Below are positions 10,725-23,729 of a DNA stretch of 64,000 nt, piece by piece. Where the stretch lies: positions 169,260,001 through 169,324,000 of the forward strand of contig NC_082712.1 in assembly GCF_030144855.1 (NCBI RefSeq), in the 5' to 3' direction. Under the pieces are notes generated by a model. The model ran no database searches. It saw nothing but the letters and a program-made list of their open reading frames with translations, and was not told the DNA's origin. The position numbers were made by a program, and so were the translations under genes. How positions within the stretch are numbered: the first letter of the stretch is position 1; every line of letters starts with the position of its first letter. The stretch is from Hypanus sabinus (taxonomy: Eukaryota).

Positions 10725-13700
10725 ACTGTAAGACATAGGAGCAGAATTAGGCCATTCAGTCCATTGAGTTTGCTCTGCCATTCCATCATGGCTGAGATCT
10801 CTCTCTCAACCCCATTCTCCTGCCTTCTTCCCATAACCTTTGAGGCCCTAATTAAACAAGACTCTATCTACCTTCGCTTTAAATAAACTCAATAACTAGG
10901 CCTCCACAGCCACCTGTGGGAATTAATTCAACAGATTCACTACTATCTAGCTAAAGAAATTCCTCCTCCTCCTCTCTGTTCTAAATAGATGTCTCTCTAG
11001 TCTGAGGCTACGTCCTCTGGTCTGAGACTCACCCACTCTCGGAAACATCCTCCTTACATCCACTCTGTCCGAATCTTTCAATGTTCGATAGGATTCAATG
11101 AGATTCCCCCCCCCCACCCCCCCCAGTCCATACTTCTGAACTCCAGCGAGTACAGGCTCAGAGCCATCAAATTCTCCCCATATATCAACCTTTTAACTCT
11201 CAGAATCATTTTCATAAAACCCCCTCTGGTCCCTTTTCTTAGATGAGGGGCCCAAAACTGTTCACAAATCTCCAAGTGCGGTCTGATCAATCCCTCAGCC
11301 ATAGAGAAGACTAGGCCTCGAGCTACAGTGCTACCCGTTTGCAGCTGCCCAGGGGAGGCATCAGAGTCAGGTGCTCCACCGGAGTACTGGAGGCGGGGCG
11401 GTGTGGCGTGGCATCCATACTGAAGTCGGTGTTCATTCAGCAGAAGACAAGCTGTATTATGTTTGACTGCTGACTGCTGCAACATGCATTGACTCATGCA
11501 CTTGGGCTACATGTTTTGTGTGACCGTATTTTACTGCCATTTTATATGCTCTCGCTATGTTATATGTCCTATTTGTGCCTTGTGCACTGTATGACTGTTG
11601 TTTCTGCGTTTTCCACCTTGGCCCTCGAGTAACGCTGTGATGTTTGGCTGTATTCATATATGGTTGAATGACAATTAAGCTTGAACTTACACAGCCTCTG
11701 CATTACACATTGGCATTTATATTCTAGTCTATGCTAACATTGCATTTGCCTTCCTTACCTCTGTCTCAACCTGAAAAATAACCTTTAGTGAATCCAGCAT
11801 AAGAACTCCTAAGTCCCTTTGCATCTGAGTTTTGAGTTATTTCCCCATTCAGAAAATAATCTATCCCTCTATTCCTTCTACCAAGTGCATAACCAAACAG
11901 TTCTCTGTACTATATTCCACTTGATTGCCCATTCTCCCAACCTGACTAAGTCTTTCTGCAGACACCTTGCTTCCCCAATACTGCCTGCCCCTCCACCTGT
12001 CTTTGTATCAGTCACAAACCCGGCCACAAAGCCATCAATTCTGTTATCCAAGTCATTCACACATAACAGGAAAAGAAGCAATCCCAATGCTGACTGCAAT
12101 GACACACCACTTGTAACCAACAGCCAACCAGAAAAGGACCTTTTTAACCATATAACCATATAACAATCACAGCACGGAAACAGGCCATCTTGGCCCTCCT
12201 AGTCCGTGCCGAACCCTTAATCTCACCTAGTCCCACCTACCCGCACTCAGCCCATAACCCTCCACTCCTTTCCTGTCCATATACCTATCCAATTTTACCT
12301 TAAATGACACAACTGAACTGGCCTCTACTACTTCTACAGGAAGCTCATTCCACACAGCTATCACTCTTTGAGTAAAAAAAATACCCCCTCATGTTTCCCT
12401 TAAACTTCTGCCCCCTAACTCTCAAATCATGTCCTCTAGTTTGAATCTCCCCTACTCTCAATGGAAACAGCCTGTTCACGTCAACTCTATCTATCCCTCT
12501 CAAAATTTTAAATACCTCGATCAAATCCCCCCTCAACCTTCTACGCTCCAGTGAATAGAGACCTAACTTGTTCAACCTTTCTCTGTAACTTAATTGCTGA
12601 AACCCAGGTAACATCCTAGTAAATCGTCTCTGTACTCTCTCTAATTTATTGATAGCTTTCCTATAATTCGGTGACCAGAACTGCACACAATATTCCAAAT
12701 TTGGCCTTACCAATGCCTTGTACAACTTTAGCATTACATCCCAACTTCTGTACTCAATGCTTTGATTTATAATCCCACTTTGCCTCTTGCCAGTCAGCCA
12801 AAGCTCTATCCATGCTAGTATCTTTCCTGTAATACCATGTGCTCTTATCTTTTTAAACAGTCCCATGTGTGGTCTTGTTTTAAAATTCAACCTTTTTGGA
12901 TAAATCTAAGACTCTTACTGGAACAAATTATTGGAATACAACTTCCACATAGCCCAATATTATTTTTATTAGGCGATATTGAAGGGATAATACCGAAACC
13001 TAAATTGAATAAATATCAAAAAAAATTATAAAAATTGCATTGGCAGTAGCCAAAAAAGCTATTGCAGTTACTTGGAAATCAGATTCATACTTAACTATGG
13101 ACCGTTGGAATATGAAATATATAGCTGCATTTCACTTGAAAAAATTACTTATAATTTAAGAAATGAATATATTTTTGAAAATTTGGCACCCCATTTACCA
13201 AAGAAAGCTGTTAAATATATAGGTCCTTTGAAGATAAAATTATTAGCTATTTCGGGAAAAAAATAAAGATATATACTAAAGTTATTTTGACCTCCATGGA
13301 GCATGTGGGGATCCTCCGATATGCAGGCAATCCTTCTTTCTTTCTATTTTTTTTTCTTTAGACAGGGATGTTAAGGGGGGGAAGGGTTAAGGGGAGGGGG
13401 TAGGGCTAATATTAATTTTCATTACTCTATTATTCTATTCATTTTATGTAATTCTCCTAAAAATTTAATAAAAAATATTTTAAAAAGTCCCATGTGCAAC
13501 ACCTTGTCAAAGGCCCTCTGAAAATCAAAGTACACAACATCCACTGATTCTTTGTCTATCCTACTTGTTATTTCCTCAAAGAATTCCAACAGATTTGTCA
13601 GGCAAGATTTTCCCTTGAGGAAGCCATGTTGACTACAATCTATTTTATTAGGTGCCTCCAAGTACCCCAAAACCACATCCTTAACAATTGACTCCAACAT

Positions 13701-13865
13701 CTTCCCAACGATTGAGGTCAGACTAACAGGCCTATAGTTTCCTTTCTTCTGCCTCTCTCCCTTCTTGAAGAGTGGAATGACATTTGCAATTTTCCATTCC
13801 TCCAGAACCATGCCAGAATCTAGTGATTTGTTAAAGATTACAACTAATGCCTCCACAATCTCTAT
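10725..13865 (-). mobile_element. Composite of nested CR1 LINE fragments
   Basis: ORF2 pieces WKIANVIPLFKKG...NYRPVSLTS...QHGFLKGKSCLTNL...YFDFQRAFDKV and LYKALVRPNLEYCVQFWSP...LERRRLRGDLIEVFKI. A younger CR1 with an aaccat-type tail sits at about 12150-12770. Confidence 0.88.
12870..13480 (+). mobile_element. L1-clade LINE 3' fragment inserted into a CR1 RT fragment
   Basis: Similar to the 3' end of the L1 at 25672-26400. Flanked by an approximately 16-bp duplication taaa(c/a)agtcccatgtg. Confidence 0.8.
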
Positions 13866-13995
13866 AGTGATTGAGTTTCTAAAATAAGATTTGAATTGAT
13901 AATGCACCTTTCTTTTCACAGAATTAGTTTACAACTAATGAAGTCCATTTGAAATATTACCACATTCACAACCAGAAACCAAGAAACACCTAGGG

Positions 13996-15211
13996 CAGGG
14001 GTCACCAACTTTTATTGCACTGCAGACCGGTTTAATATTGACAATATTCTTACGGACCGGCCGATGGGGGTGGGGGTGGGGGTGGGGGTGGTGTTAATTA
14101 CGACTAGAATATAGTTGATATGTCAACTATAAGTCACTTATAAGTGGCTAAAACAATTTCATTTCTCAAAGGGTTTATCTAATGAATTTAGTATTAAACA
14201 CACAGCACATATTTCCTCGCATGAATATAGTGATAAGTCAATTATAAGTCAATAGCAGCATAACATTTTAAGTAACGTTTGGATACAAAACACACAGCGC
14301 ATATTTTCCTCGTATGAACATATAAAATCACTGCAACACACCAATATCGCTGAATCAGTGGGAGCCTGCAACAAGACGGTCCCATCGAGGGGTGATAGGA
14401 CACAGCGATACTCGAAGGGGGTTCCTTATGTCCAGTCTATTCCGCAATTTAGTTTTCGTGGCTCTCGGCACTTGCTTCGGTCACGCTTGCTCTCGTTTTT
14501 TTTTCTGCTCAAAAAAACTCAACGGTTTTGTCTTTAAGTGCTGGGTGCTTGGACTCAAGGTGCTGAAGCAGCTTTGAGGGCTTTATTGCCTCATTAGACA
14601 GCCTCCGGGCCGAACTCCAGCCACACATATAACAAGCTGGAGGAACTCAGCAGGTCCGGCAGCATCCGTGGAAACGAGCAGTTAACGTTTCGGCCGAGAC
14701 TCTTGGTCAGTCCTGACGGAGGGTCTCGGCATCTGCAGTGTACTTCGTGTTTCCGAACTCCAGCCTCTTGCCGCCAGACGCCTTGGCCAGGTCCGGCTAG
14801 TCGTGGGTGGGGTGAGAGGACAAGGTCGGGGCCGGAGAAAGCGAGGAGTGCGTTAGGACGCGTGTGCCCGCCCCCCTTGTAGGATCTATCGGCCGACAAA
14901 GATCGCAGCGAGCTAGCTGCTCTGCTACTTACGAAACTCTGAGCCCGAATTAGGACGCCTGCAAATATTTTAGCACCGGGTTCCCCACGAGCATTCGTTG
15001 TGCTGAACAGGCTGCGAGGCGGCGCCCGTCCCCCCGCGCTAACGGCGCTCCCCGCCGGCGGCGCGAGGCCAACCGGTGATCCCTGGCACGAGGTTATCAC
15101 GGCGTTTAGGCGACTGATGACCTCGCGTGCGTTCAACAGTGGCCGTGGCCGTGACCGGGACTGAGGAAAGGGGCAGCGGACTCGTATCGTTTCAGTGGTT
15201 GGGGACCACTG
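13996..15211. mobile_element. Non-autonomous hAT-Charlie (MER1/Charlie3-like) element
   Basis: TIRs CAGGGGTCACCAAC ... GTTGGGGACCACTG with a perfect 8-bp TSD ACCTAGGG (13988-13995 and 15212-15219). Subterminal direct repeats. Confidence 0.9.
14623..14752. mobile_element. Short Penelope-type insertion nested in the hAT element
   Basis: Same family as 63077-63286. Perfect 13-bp direct repeat CCGAACTCCAGCC at 14610-14622 and 14753-14765. Confidence 0.7.
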
Positions 15212-17731
15212 ACCTAGGGGACAGTCTCAGAATAGAGGGATGTCAATTTAAAACGGAGATGAGGAGGAATCCCTTTAGCCAGAGTGGTGAATCTGTGGAA
15301 TTTGTTGCTGTGGAGGCCAAGGCATTGGGTATATTTAAGGGAGGGGTTAATAGGTTCTTGATTAGTCAGGAGATGAAGGGTTAAGGGGAAAAGGCAAGAG
15401 ATGGGACTAATAGGGAAATGGATCAGCCATAATGAAATGCCAGAGCAAATGCCAAAGGGCAAATGGCCTAATTCTGGTCCTATATCTTGTAGTTTTAAAT
15501 GGCAGGAGGAAGACCAGAATATCTCTTCTGGTATTCACCAGGATATCAGGGAGAATGGCCCTGATCTCACTCATCTTAAAACAGAAACCTTAAATATCAT
15601 GAAAGGCACAGATTTCAAAATACTTAAAGCCAAACTTTTCACAGAATAGTTTACAACTCACTGTGTTCCCATTGGCAGCTGCAAATTAAACCAATTAACC
15701 TTTCATTAAACCCTGGAAACATGGTCCCAATTAAACAATTAATCAGATACTTCCTATAACTCAAAATGGCTACAGATCTCCTAATGATGCAATGTAACCT
15801 TTTAATTGTGAAGTTTATTTTTTTTTAATTTGTAATCACAAAATTCTTGCCATTTGTTGCCTTATTCTTTCACATGTCCAAGGTGACCTTCATGCTTTCA
15901 CTGCAATTACTAGACAGATGACCTTTCTTAAACATCCACACAGCTCAGCTGTAGCTTTCTTGCCTTTGATTCAGAATTACAAGCCCCAGTATTGTTGTGT
16001 GGAACTAACAGGAGCGGTGCATTACACAAGTCCTTCTGAGTATCATGGTGTTGAGGTTTGTGAGTCCCTGAGATCCCAAGAGCAATGTCGTCTAGAGTGT
16101 CACCATCTGGTGCTTAGCTCCTGATAGGTCACCTATGCTAGGATCAAGGGGGAAAGTTCCAGACAAAGAGCACAGACAGCCACCACAAGGTCCTTGCAAG
16201 ATTGGGGTTCAGGTTCAGTGGCATGGAATGCAAAAGACTGGAAGCCCTTCACTGGCATTGTGACGTGTCCTCATTCTCCACCAGCTCTACTGTTTAGGTC
16301 TCAATTGGATTGCTCTTTGTCTGGAACTCATAATCCCCTCCACAATGACAAGGTGACAATCCTCAGAAGCACAGAAGTGTACAGCACAGGAACAGGCCCA
16401 CGATGTTGTGCCAAACTAATTAATAAAATTAGTAATCTAGTTAGTAACCTGCAAAGCATTTGCAACACATCTCCTTTTCACTTTTTATCAGAGGATTGAG
16501 ATGAGGAATGATGGCTTGCAGTGAAGAAATGAGTGATCAGTTTTTTTCAGGGACTCTGGAATAGTCTGCTATTTTGACAATTGGAAGTAGGAATTAAAAC
16601 TAAATGACTCAAACAGTTGTCAACTACACACAATGACCACTTTATAAAGGTACCTCCTGTACCTAATAAAGTGACTACTGTGTGCATGTTCATGGTGGGC
16701 TGCTGCTGTGGCCCATCCACTTCAAGGTTCGACATATGTGTTCAGAGATGCTCTTCTGCCCACTATTGTAATGTGTGATTATTTGAGTTACTGTTGCCTT
16801 GAACCAGTCTGGCCATTTCCTCTGACCACCCTCATTAACAAGGCATTTACACCCAGTCTGCTGCTCACTGGCTTTTTTCCCTGTACTCTAAACAAAGGTG
16901 TTATAATAATTCGGTGTTGGAAAAAATGTTTGATTTTGGAACAGAACTGTTCCTCCCAATGACTTAAAGCTCAAATGAGTTCTGCATATATTTTCAAAGT
17001 TACAGACCTCCTCTGTATTTGCTTACTTACATGCCCATAGGATGTGGGCTTTCTGACCATACCAATGATTTTTTTGTGAAGTGACTACTGAGTGTACAGT
17101 ATATCCATTGAAATATGTGCTTACACTTGATGAACTTCAGGGAGCAGAGATAAAGGATGTATGGAGAATTGAGGATATGGGTCAGCATGGCTGAGAAAGT
17201 TGGTGAGTGGACAGCCTGCAAAGAAAGTAGGCTTGAGATGAAGGCTGAATTTAAGGAGGATGAGCAATCACATTGTGCAGAAACAGGGAGAGAGATTGTA
17301 GACAGTAGGACCATGGAATGCTGATGAGTTAGGGGACAGATATGGTTGGACTGAGGAAGGAGGCATGACAACGTGAGATAAGAGTTCTATGAAGGGGAAA
17401 ACAAAGTGTAAAACAGAAGCAGAATTGATGGTATCAGGCCAGAACAGCAGCCAGCTATGGTTAAATACCCTCAGGTAGCAATTATAGTAGAGACATTCTG
17501 GCTATGAACAAGGAACAGAGATTCAAGCCACCTTTTGTTCCCCAACATAATGACAGTTGATGAAAGAGCCAAGAAGCAGGTGATCCATTTTAACTTTAAT
17601 AAAAACTTATTTTCCCAACAAGAAATCATCATTTTCAAAAAGTGCATTTCTTAATTACCCCTCCAGGTTACAATACCTTGTCATAACCAAGATGAAAGTA
17701 ACATATAAATATATTCTAATGCTCTCAGTGC

Positions 17732-17737
17732 TTTATT
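17732..17737 (-). promoter_or_regulatory. Candidate GOLGB1 polyadenylation signal (AATAAA); an alternative ATTAAA lies at 17595-17600
   Basis: About 550 nt downstream of the stop codon in AT-rich, apparently non-repetitive 3' UTR-like sequence. Not verified by transcript data. Confidence 0.4.
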
Positions 17738-18288
17738 GCTATCTCTAGCACCACCTCAAATTTACAAATGCATTCCAAGCAGAATAATCTTTCAACCTTT
17801 GTCTAACTTTCCACCTCATAAGTCATAAACTTAAATAATATTGCTTTACACATCAGAAAATATACATAATTTTACATAGAGATTTTATATAACCGTTTAA
17901 AGCAGTGTATCTTTGGAATTTAATAGCAGATGAAAAAAACAATTGTGAAACCAGTTTACGAACTTACTGGACAGTCATAAAACAATCTGGACAAAACACT
18001 GCACACATTAATACAAGATGAATTTTATACAACTGTGATCAGTGCTCAAATCATTAGCAGCTTTGACAATGATACAAATATGACTCCCAACTGCACCCTA
18101 CCTTTGGCAAGGGAGGACTAGGTGGAACACTGATTCACTGACCAATGGCAAGTAAAATCAGGCTGAGTAGAGAGCCAGTGTTGCATTGTTTCACAGAGGT
18201 CTCCCAACATGGCACATCAGGATGGAATTCACCTCCTCCCCTTACAACCATCAACCCCATTCTTCTTCTCCTAATCATGATGGTGCAT

Positions 18289-18447
18289 CTACAAACGTCC
18301 CGCCAGGCACATGAAAACAAGAACATGTAGTGTCACAAAGTATGCGAAGACCAAGTAACGTGATCTGGTCCGTGCACTCATTAGCTTTGAGCAGTACATA
18401 CTGCGGCCTCGTAGCCAGCGCTTGAAGGAAAGCGCCCCTCTCTTTAC
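18289..18447 (-). CDS. GOLGB1: GOLGB1 terminal coding exon with tail-anchor transmembrane segment: VKRGALSFKRWLRGRSMYCSKLMSARTRSRYLVFAYFVTLHVLVFMCLAGRL*
   Basis: Acceptor tctgtctctgcag. A basic patch precedes a TM helix carrying the Tyr/His pair (Y-F-V-T-L-H) typical of giantin/golgin-84/CASP transmembrane domains, then TAG. Confidence 0.95.
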   Translation of the reverse strand, partial: VKRGALSFKRWLRGRSMYCSKLMSARTRSRYLVFAYFVTLHVLVFMCLAGRL

Positions 18448-18627
18448 CTGCAGAGACAGAAGTAGAGTCAACAACAACCAACATTACCTTAGCTAATCCA
18501 GAATTAAAATAACTAGCAAACTACCTGGGTGGAGAAGTTAATTAATTCACATTTTCATAACAATACGACAAAAAAGCAGTACCACAAGGAAATATTCATA
18601 TTATATTTCATCAATTTAAGGTAATAT

Positions 18628-19645
18628 TCAACATAAGTCATAGAAAGCTAACATACTAGAGTGTACAGTACTCAAACTCTTAAGAGCACGGGGGTTTAGT
18701 GAATGGTAAACTAAGAGAGGCTTCATCTTACAGTCTCCTTCAGCATTTAGATATTCTTCTGCTTCTATCTTCTTGGCTGCCTTGGAACCTGATGCAGTTT
18801 TCTCATCCTTACTTATGTAGGTGTGTTTCGGCATACGCTTCCAAAAAAGCCCAGTCTCATCTGCATTAAACACCTGTTTTGGTGTGATGTACTAACTCAG
18901 CTATCATAGCCTGCAACTGCACAAGGTAGCGTTCAGCAGTTTCATGGTCAGCACTAGCCTGCTCACCATGCACAACTAAGTTGTGAATATCACTTCACAC
19001 TTCCTCACTAGCCTCTGAACAAAGACAACCATAAGTTTCCAAAGCTTGCACATGAAGATGATCGGAACTAAGTGTTTTTTTCTGTTTTTTTGCTCAATGT
19101 ACAAACTCAACATTTTCTCCATTTTTGTCATAATCGGGTTAAGCACTTTGGTAACAATCTTTGAAGACACTTGTGGTGAATCAATCTCTACACTTTTTAT
19201 TTTCTCAGCATTTTTCTTTATGTTTCTAATCGTGGACTCACCCTGGCCGAAGTAGCATCCCAGAGCTGTTCATCTGACGCCGCCCTGTCTATAATTTCCA
19301 ACTTTTTTTCAAATGTTAAAGTGGTTCTCTGCCACTTGGCAGATGGCCCAGGGCTTGACATCGAACGCTTAGGAGGCATAGTTAAATATTTCAAGCACAA
19401 AATCACTGCACCGTAGGTAAAAACAACAAAAGCTTAAGAGTGCAAGGTCGCACATTGCCAAAACCAGTGCGAGACTGGCAGGAATGAGACTGTGAGGCGT
19501 GCACACGTGACTTGTATTGATGGGAAAGCAGTGCTCCTCGCTTAACAGTGAGTTTTGGACGCATATAAGGAGACATTGGTAGAAATAGATTCCTCGCATA
19601 ACTGTGAATCCGCATTGTCTGAAGGCGTGTATAAGGAGGATAGGG
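18628..19645 (-). mobile_element. Tigger/pogo transposase relic in the last GOLGB1 intron
   Basis: Fragments MPPKRS...RTTLTFEKKLEII (CENP-B-type HTH), MEKMLSLYIE, and FNADETGLFWKRMPKHTYISKDEK (DDE_1-type motif). Multiple frameshifts. Confidence 0.88.
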
Positions 19646-19692
19646 TGTATTGTACTTTTCATGTCTTTATTGAACACACTATTCAATCATTC

Positions 19693-21134
19693 ACAGTCCA
19701 GGCTGGAAAAAGTATGTGAATTCTTGTATTTAATAACTGGTAGAACCTTCTTTAGCATCAAATGTTTCCTGTAGCTGCTGATCAGACTTGCACAATGGCG
19801 AGAAGGAACTTTAGATCATTCCTCCATACAAAACTGTTTTGGTTCATCAATATTTCTGGGATATCCTGTATGAACAGCCCTATTCGGGTCATGCCACAGC
19901 ATCTCAATTGGATTAAGGTCTGGACTCCGACTTAGCTAGTCCAAAAAAATGAATTTTCTTCTTTTTAAACCATTCTGTCGTTGATTTACTCTTGTTTTGG
20001 ATCATTGTCTTGTTGCATCATCCAACTTCTATTAAGCTTCATGTGATAGACTGCTACCCTGACATTCTCCTATAAAATAGGTTGATACAATTTTGAATTC
20101 ATTGCTCCCTCAACAATTGCAAGCTGTCTAGGCCCTGAGTCTACTTTGCTGCCTCAAACCATGATGCTCCTTCCATCATGCTTCACAGTTGGGTGAGGGT
20201 TTGGTGTTGGTGTGCAGTGTCCTTTTCCCTCCAAATATAGCAATTTGCATTTCTGTCAAGAAGTTCAACTTTTGTCTCATCTGTCCACAGAAGGCATTAT
20301 CCCAGAGATTCACATATGTTTTTGAACCTAGACAGTGATTGTTTAAATGGTGTACTCAGTATTGATGAAATGTAGTACAATTAGAAAACATATAGCACAA
20401 TAGAGGTCCTTCGGCCCACAAAGCTGTGCCGAACATATCCGGACCTTAGAAATGACTAGGCTTTACCCATAGCCCTCTATTTTTCTAAGCTCTATGTACC
20501 CATCCAGGAGTCTCTTAAAAGACCCTATTGTTTCTGCCTCCACCGCTGCCGCCAGCAGCCCATTCCACGCACACACCACTCTCTGCGTAAAAAACTTACC
20601 CAATGTCTCCTCTGTACCTACTTCCAAGCACCTTAAAACTATGCCCTCTCATGCTAGCCATTTCAGCCCTGGGGAAAAGACTCTGACTATCCACACGATC
20701 AAAACCTCTCATTATCTTGTACACCTCTAATAAGTCACCTCTGATCCTCCGTCGCTTCAACGAGAAAAGGCCGAGTTCACTCAACCTGTTCTCATGAGGC
20801 ATGCTCCCCAATCCAGGCAATATCCTTGTAAAACTCCTCTATGGTTTCCTCATCCTTCCTGTAGTGAAGTGACCAGAACTGAGCACAGTACTCCAAGTGG
20901 GGTCTGACCAGGGTCCTATATAGCTACATTACCTCTTGGCTCTTAAACACTTAAATTGTTGGTGTGTTATTAGTTTAGGCAGATTGTGTATGTCTATTAT
21001 TGAGACTTAGATAAAGATCAGACCACATTTCATGCGTAACTAATGCAGAAAACTAGAAGTGCAGAAAATTAAAAGAAAAACTGCAAATACTAGAAACTTA
21101 AAATCAAAAGTTCACAAACATTTTCTTGCAACTG
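19693..21134 (-). mobile_element. Decayed Tc1-like transposon with an internal CR1 insertion (about 20383-20945)
   Basis: Tc1-transposase-like antisense sequence at 19740-20300. The terminus ...gttcacaaacattttcttgcaactg|ta resembles the TIR at 6405-6429. Confidence 0.65.
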
Positions 21135-21335
21135 TATATGTGCCTAAGACTTTTGCATAGTACTGTACTGCAGACTGTAAAAAGCCCGAGGAACTGCATC
21201 GTATTTTAAGTTATTATGTTCAACAAAACAGGATTTCCAAAGTGTTTCTCAGTTCGCAGGGAGAGACAAGGAAGGTACTGTATAAAAGTTCAGAAAATTG
21301 GATCGAAAGTAGAATGCAAAAAAATAAGTACACAC

Positions 21336-21450
21336 CTTCCGCACCACCACCTGCTCACTGGAATCTATAATCAAAGCCTCACGTTCTTCATCCGATTCCA
21401 GCTGAATAGTGTACTCTCTGGGTGGTAGTCTGACTGGAAGTGGATCAAGG
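21336..21450 (-). CDS. GOLGB1: GOLGB1 penultimate coding exon: LDPLPVRLPPREYTIQLESDEEREALIIDSSEQVVVRK
   Basis: Acceptor atttctttctag, donor gtgtgt. 115 nt, phase 2 to 0. Confidence 0.9.
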
Positions 21451-22983
21451 CTAGAAAGAAATCGCAGCATTAATCATACAACGTAAATTCTTCGAAACGT
21501 TTACAGATACAAACCACTGGGGAAAACACAAGTATTTCAATGAATCCTATCCACACAGTTAAAATCAGTTGCTCCCTATAGTGAAGGAAAACTGATCTCA
21601 AACCTCTACTGCTTTGCGACTATACCCACTTATGGGGAAGGTTTTGGGAGTAAACACCGAGAGAAAAATCCAGAGCTGCACTCTCTAAGGCAGTTCAACT
21701 TGGAGTTCAATGCTGACTGGCAATTTCTGCAACATTGCTGGTGCCAAACTGTATCACTCTCTGCTGTTCCTTTGGGTTCATCAGATGCGTGGAGCGGGGG
21801 AGCTTGCCACATGGGCAACAGCTTGCCCTCTATATCATACTGCATATCTCGACAGTTCGGATGCAACCTCCATGGTCAGTCCTGAATGATGAACGCCTTA
21901 CTCACTCACTACGAGAGGTTTGATACAGAGTAGGTAAGAGAATCACTAAACCAAGATGCAGATTCATAGCAACTGGCAAAAAAGCCAATGGAAAAATAAA
22001 GATAAATGCTTTTATTCTCAGCAATTTATGATATGGAAAGCATGCCCTGAAACAGTGATGGAAAATGACTCAATAATGCCTTACATGTCATATGAGGAAA
22101 GGCTGAGTGAGCTAGGACTTTTCTCTTTGAAGCGAAGGAGCAAGAGAGGCAACTTAACAGAGGTTTATAAGATTATGAGAGGCATCGCAAGAGTGGACAC
22201 CTTTTTCCAAGGATGGCAATGACCAATACCAGAGGATGTCTGTTTAAGGTAAACAGAGGAAAGCTAAAAGTAGACACCTGAGGTTGGCTTTGTTTTTAAA
22301 CAGAGTGATGGGTATCTGGAACACATTCCCAAGGCAGGTGGTAGAGAAGAATTGGATTGATCATGAAGGATATTTAAATAAGTTGGCACATTGTGTCCCA
22401 AAGGGCCTGTAGTATACTGTACTATGTCCCATTAATCTTTTAAAAAGAATTTCAAGCCCATGTTGAAAGAGTAAACGAGGAACACCAACTGGATAGGTCT
22501 TTTATAGCCAGTATAATTCTGTAATTCTACCCCAATCACACATACATGGCTCTTCAGATTTTGTAAGCTAACTAACATGTCTTTTGGGAAATCATTGTAT
22601 GTATCGTGTCCACAGAAAAATGACATTTTATTGTTCCGAGGTTGCTAAAAGTGGTAACATTATTTCCAGCCACAGTGGATATGCCTTTAATTAAGCTCAC
22701 TGTTCAGGAACTGAGATCGATTTTATACATAGTAATTAACCTCCTCTCACTGCAATTCCCTTGAGACACTACCCTGGGAGAAATGTTATTGTCTCCTCCA
22801 ATCTTTAACAGTAAATGGATTTTTTATTATTTAAAAATCCTGTTCCTTTTTCAACTGAGTGGCTGTACAAGTTTGTCAAACAGACAAAGAAAAACTATCT
22901 TAAACAAACAGATATGGGTGATACCCTTATGGAAAGGCATATCCTTGCATGATATCCAGTCTAATGCAGTTTAAAACACTCAC

Positions 22984-23118
22984 CCCTTGAACCTTTCTTC
23001 AGCTGCCAGCAATGCTTCCTCAGCTGCACGTCTCTGTCGTTCTTCATCTGCGAGCATTTCTGCCAACTGGGTCAGCTCCTGATGGGCAGACGCATTCCGT
23101 TGCTCTGATTCCGCAAGC
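22984..23118 (-). CDS. GOLGB1: GOLGB1 coding exon: LAESEQRNASAHQELTQLAEMLADEERQRRAAEEALLAAEERFK(G)
   Basis: Acceptor gatatag, donor gtgagt. 135 nt, phase 2 to 2. Confidence 0.92.
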
Positions 23119-23729
23119 CTATATCATCAACAATATACACAAATGACCCACTGCAAATGAAGAACAAACTTCTCCAACTCATCCTCACATGCTTTGCAGC
23201 CAAATCGGTATTTTGTGAAAGACATGTATATCATAGGCAACAAACAGGAGACCAATTAATACTTATTTTTTAAGGAACTGTTTCGTAAATCTGCCCACCC
23301 CAATTATCATCCAAGGATATTTTATGTACTTCTGAGCAGACAGACATAGCTTTATTTAATGCTTATTTTAAAGGTTGGCAGCTCCCACAGTGCAGCACAC
23401 CCTCAGTACACTAATGTCAGACTGTACTATGTGCCAAATGAGAATTTAACAAAAATATATATAGTTAATACTCATGACTTAGACAGTTGAACCAGAAGGG
23501 AATGTTTGTGCAAAGCAATCTGCTATTAAAGCTCTAAAAACAGAGTAATTTATTGAATTAACTGAGAATTAGACCTTTTCAACTAGAGAGCAGTGTGCCC
23601 GAGGGTCAATGACAACCTTGGAATTTATGCTTAATGCCAACAGGGCAAATTTCAAATTCGCTAAAAGCAGAAAATCCACAGCTTTCAAACAATGTCAGGC
23701 AGTGTCCAAAATATTGCACAAATTGTGAG

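Noticed and set aside
14594-15136. 180-aa minus-strand ORF in the GC-rich patch
   Set aside because: It lies inside the hAT element and crosses a nested insertion. Stop-poor GC-rich sequence explains its length.
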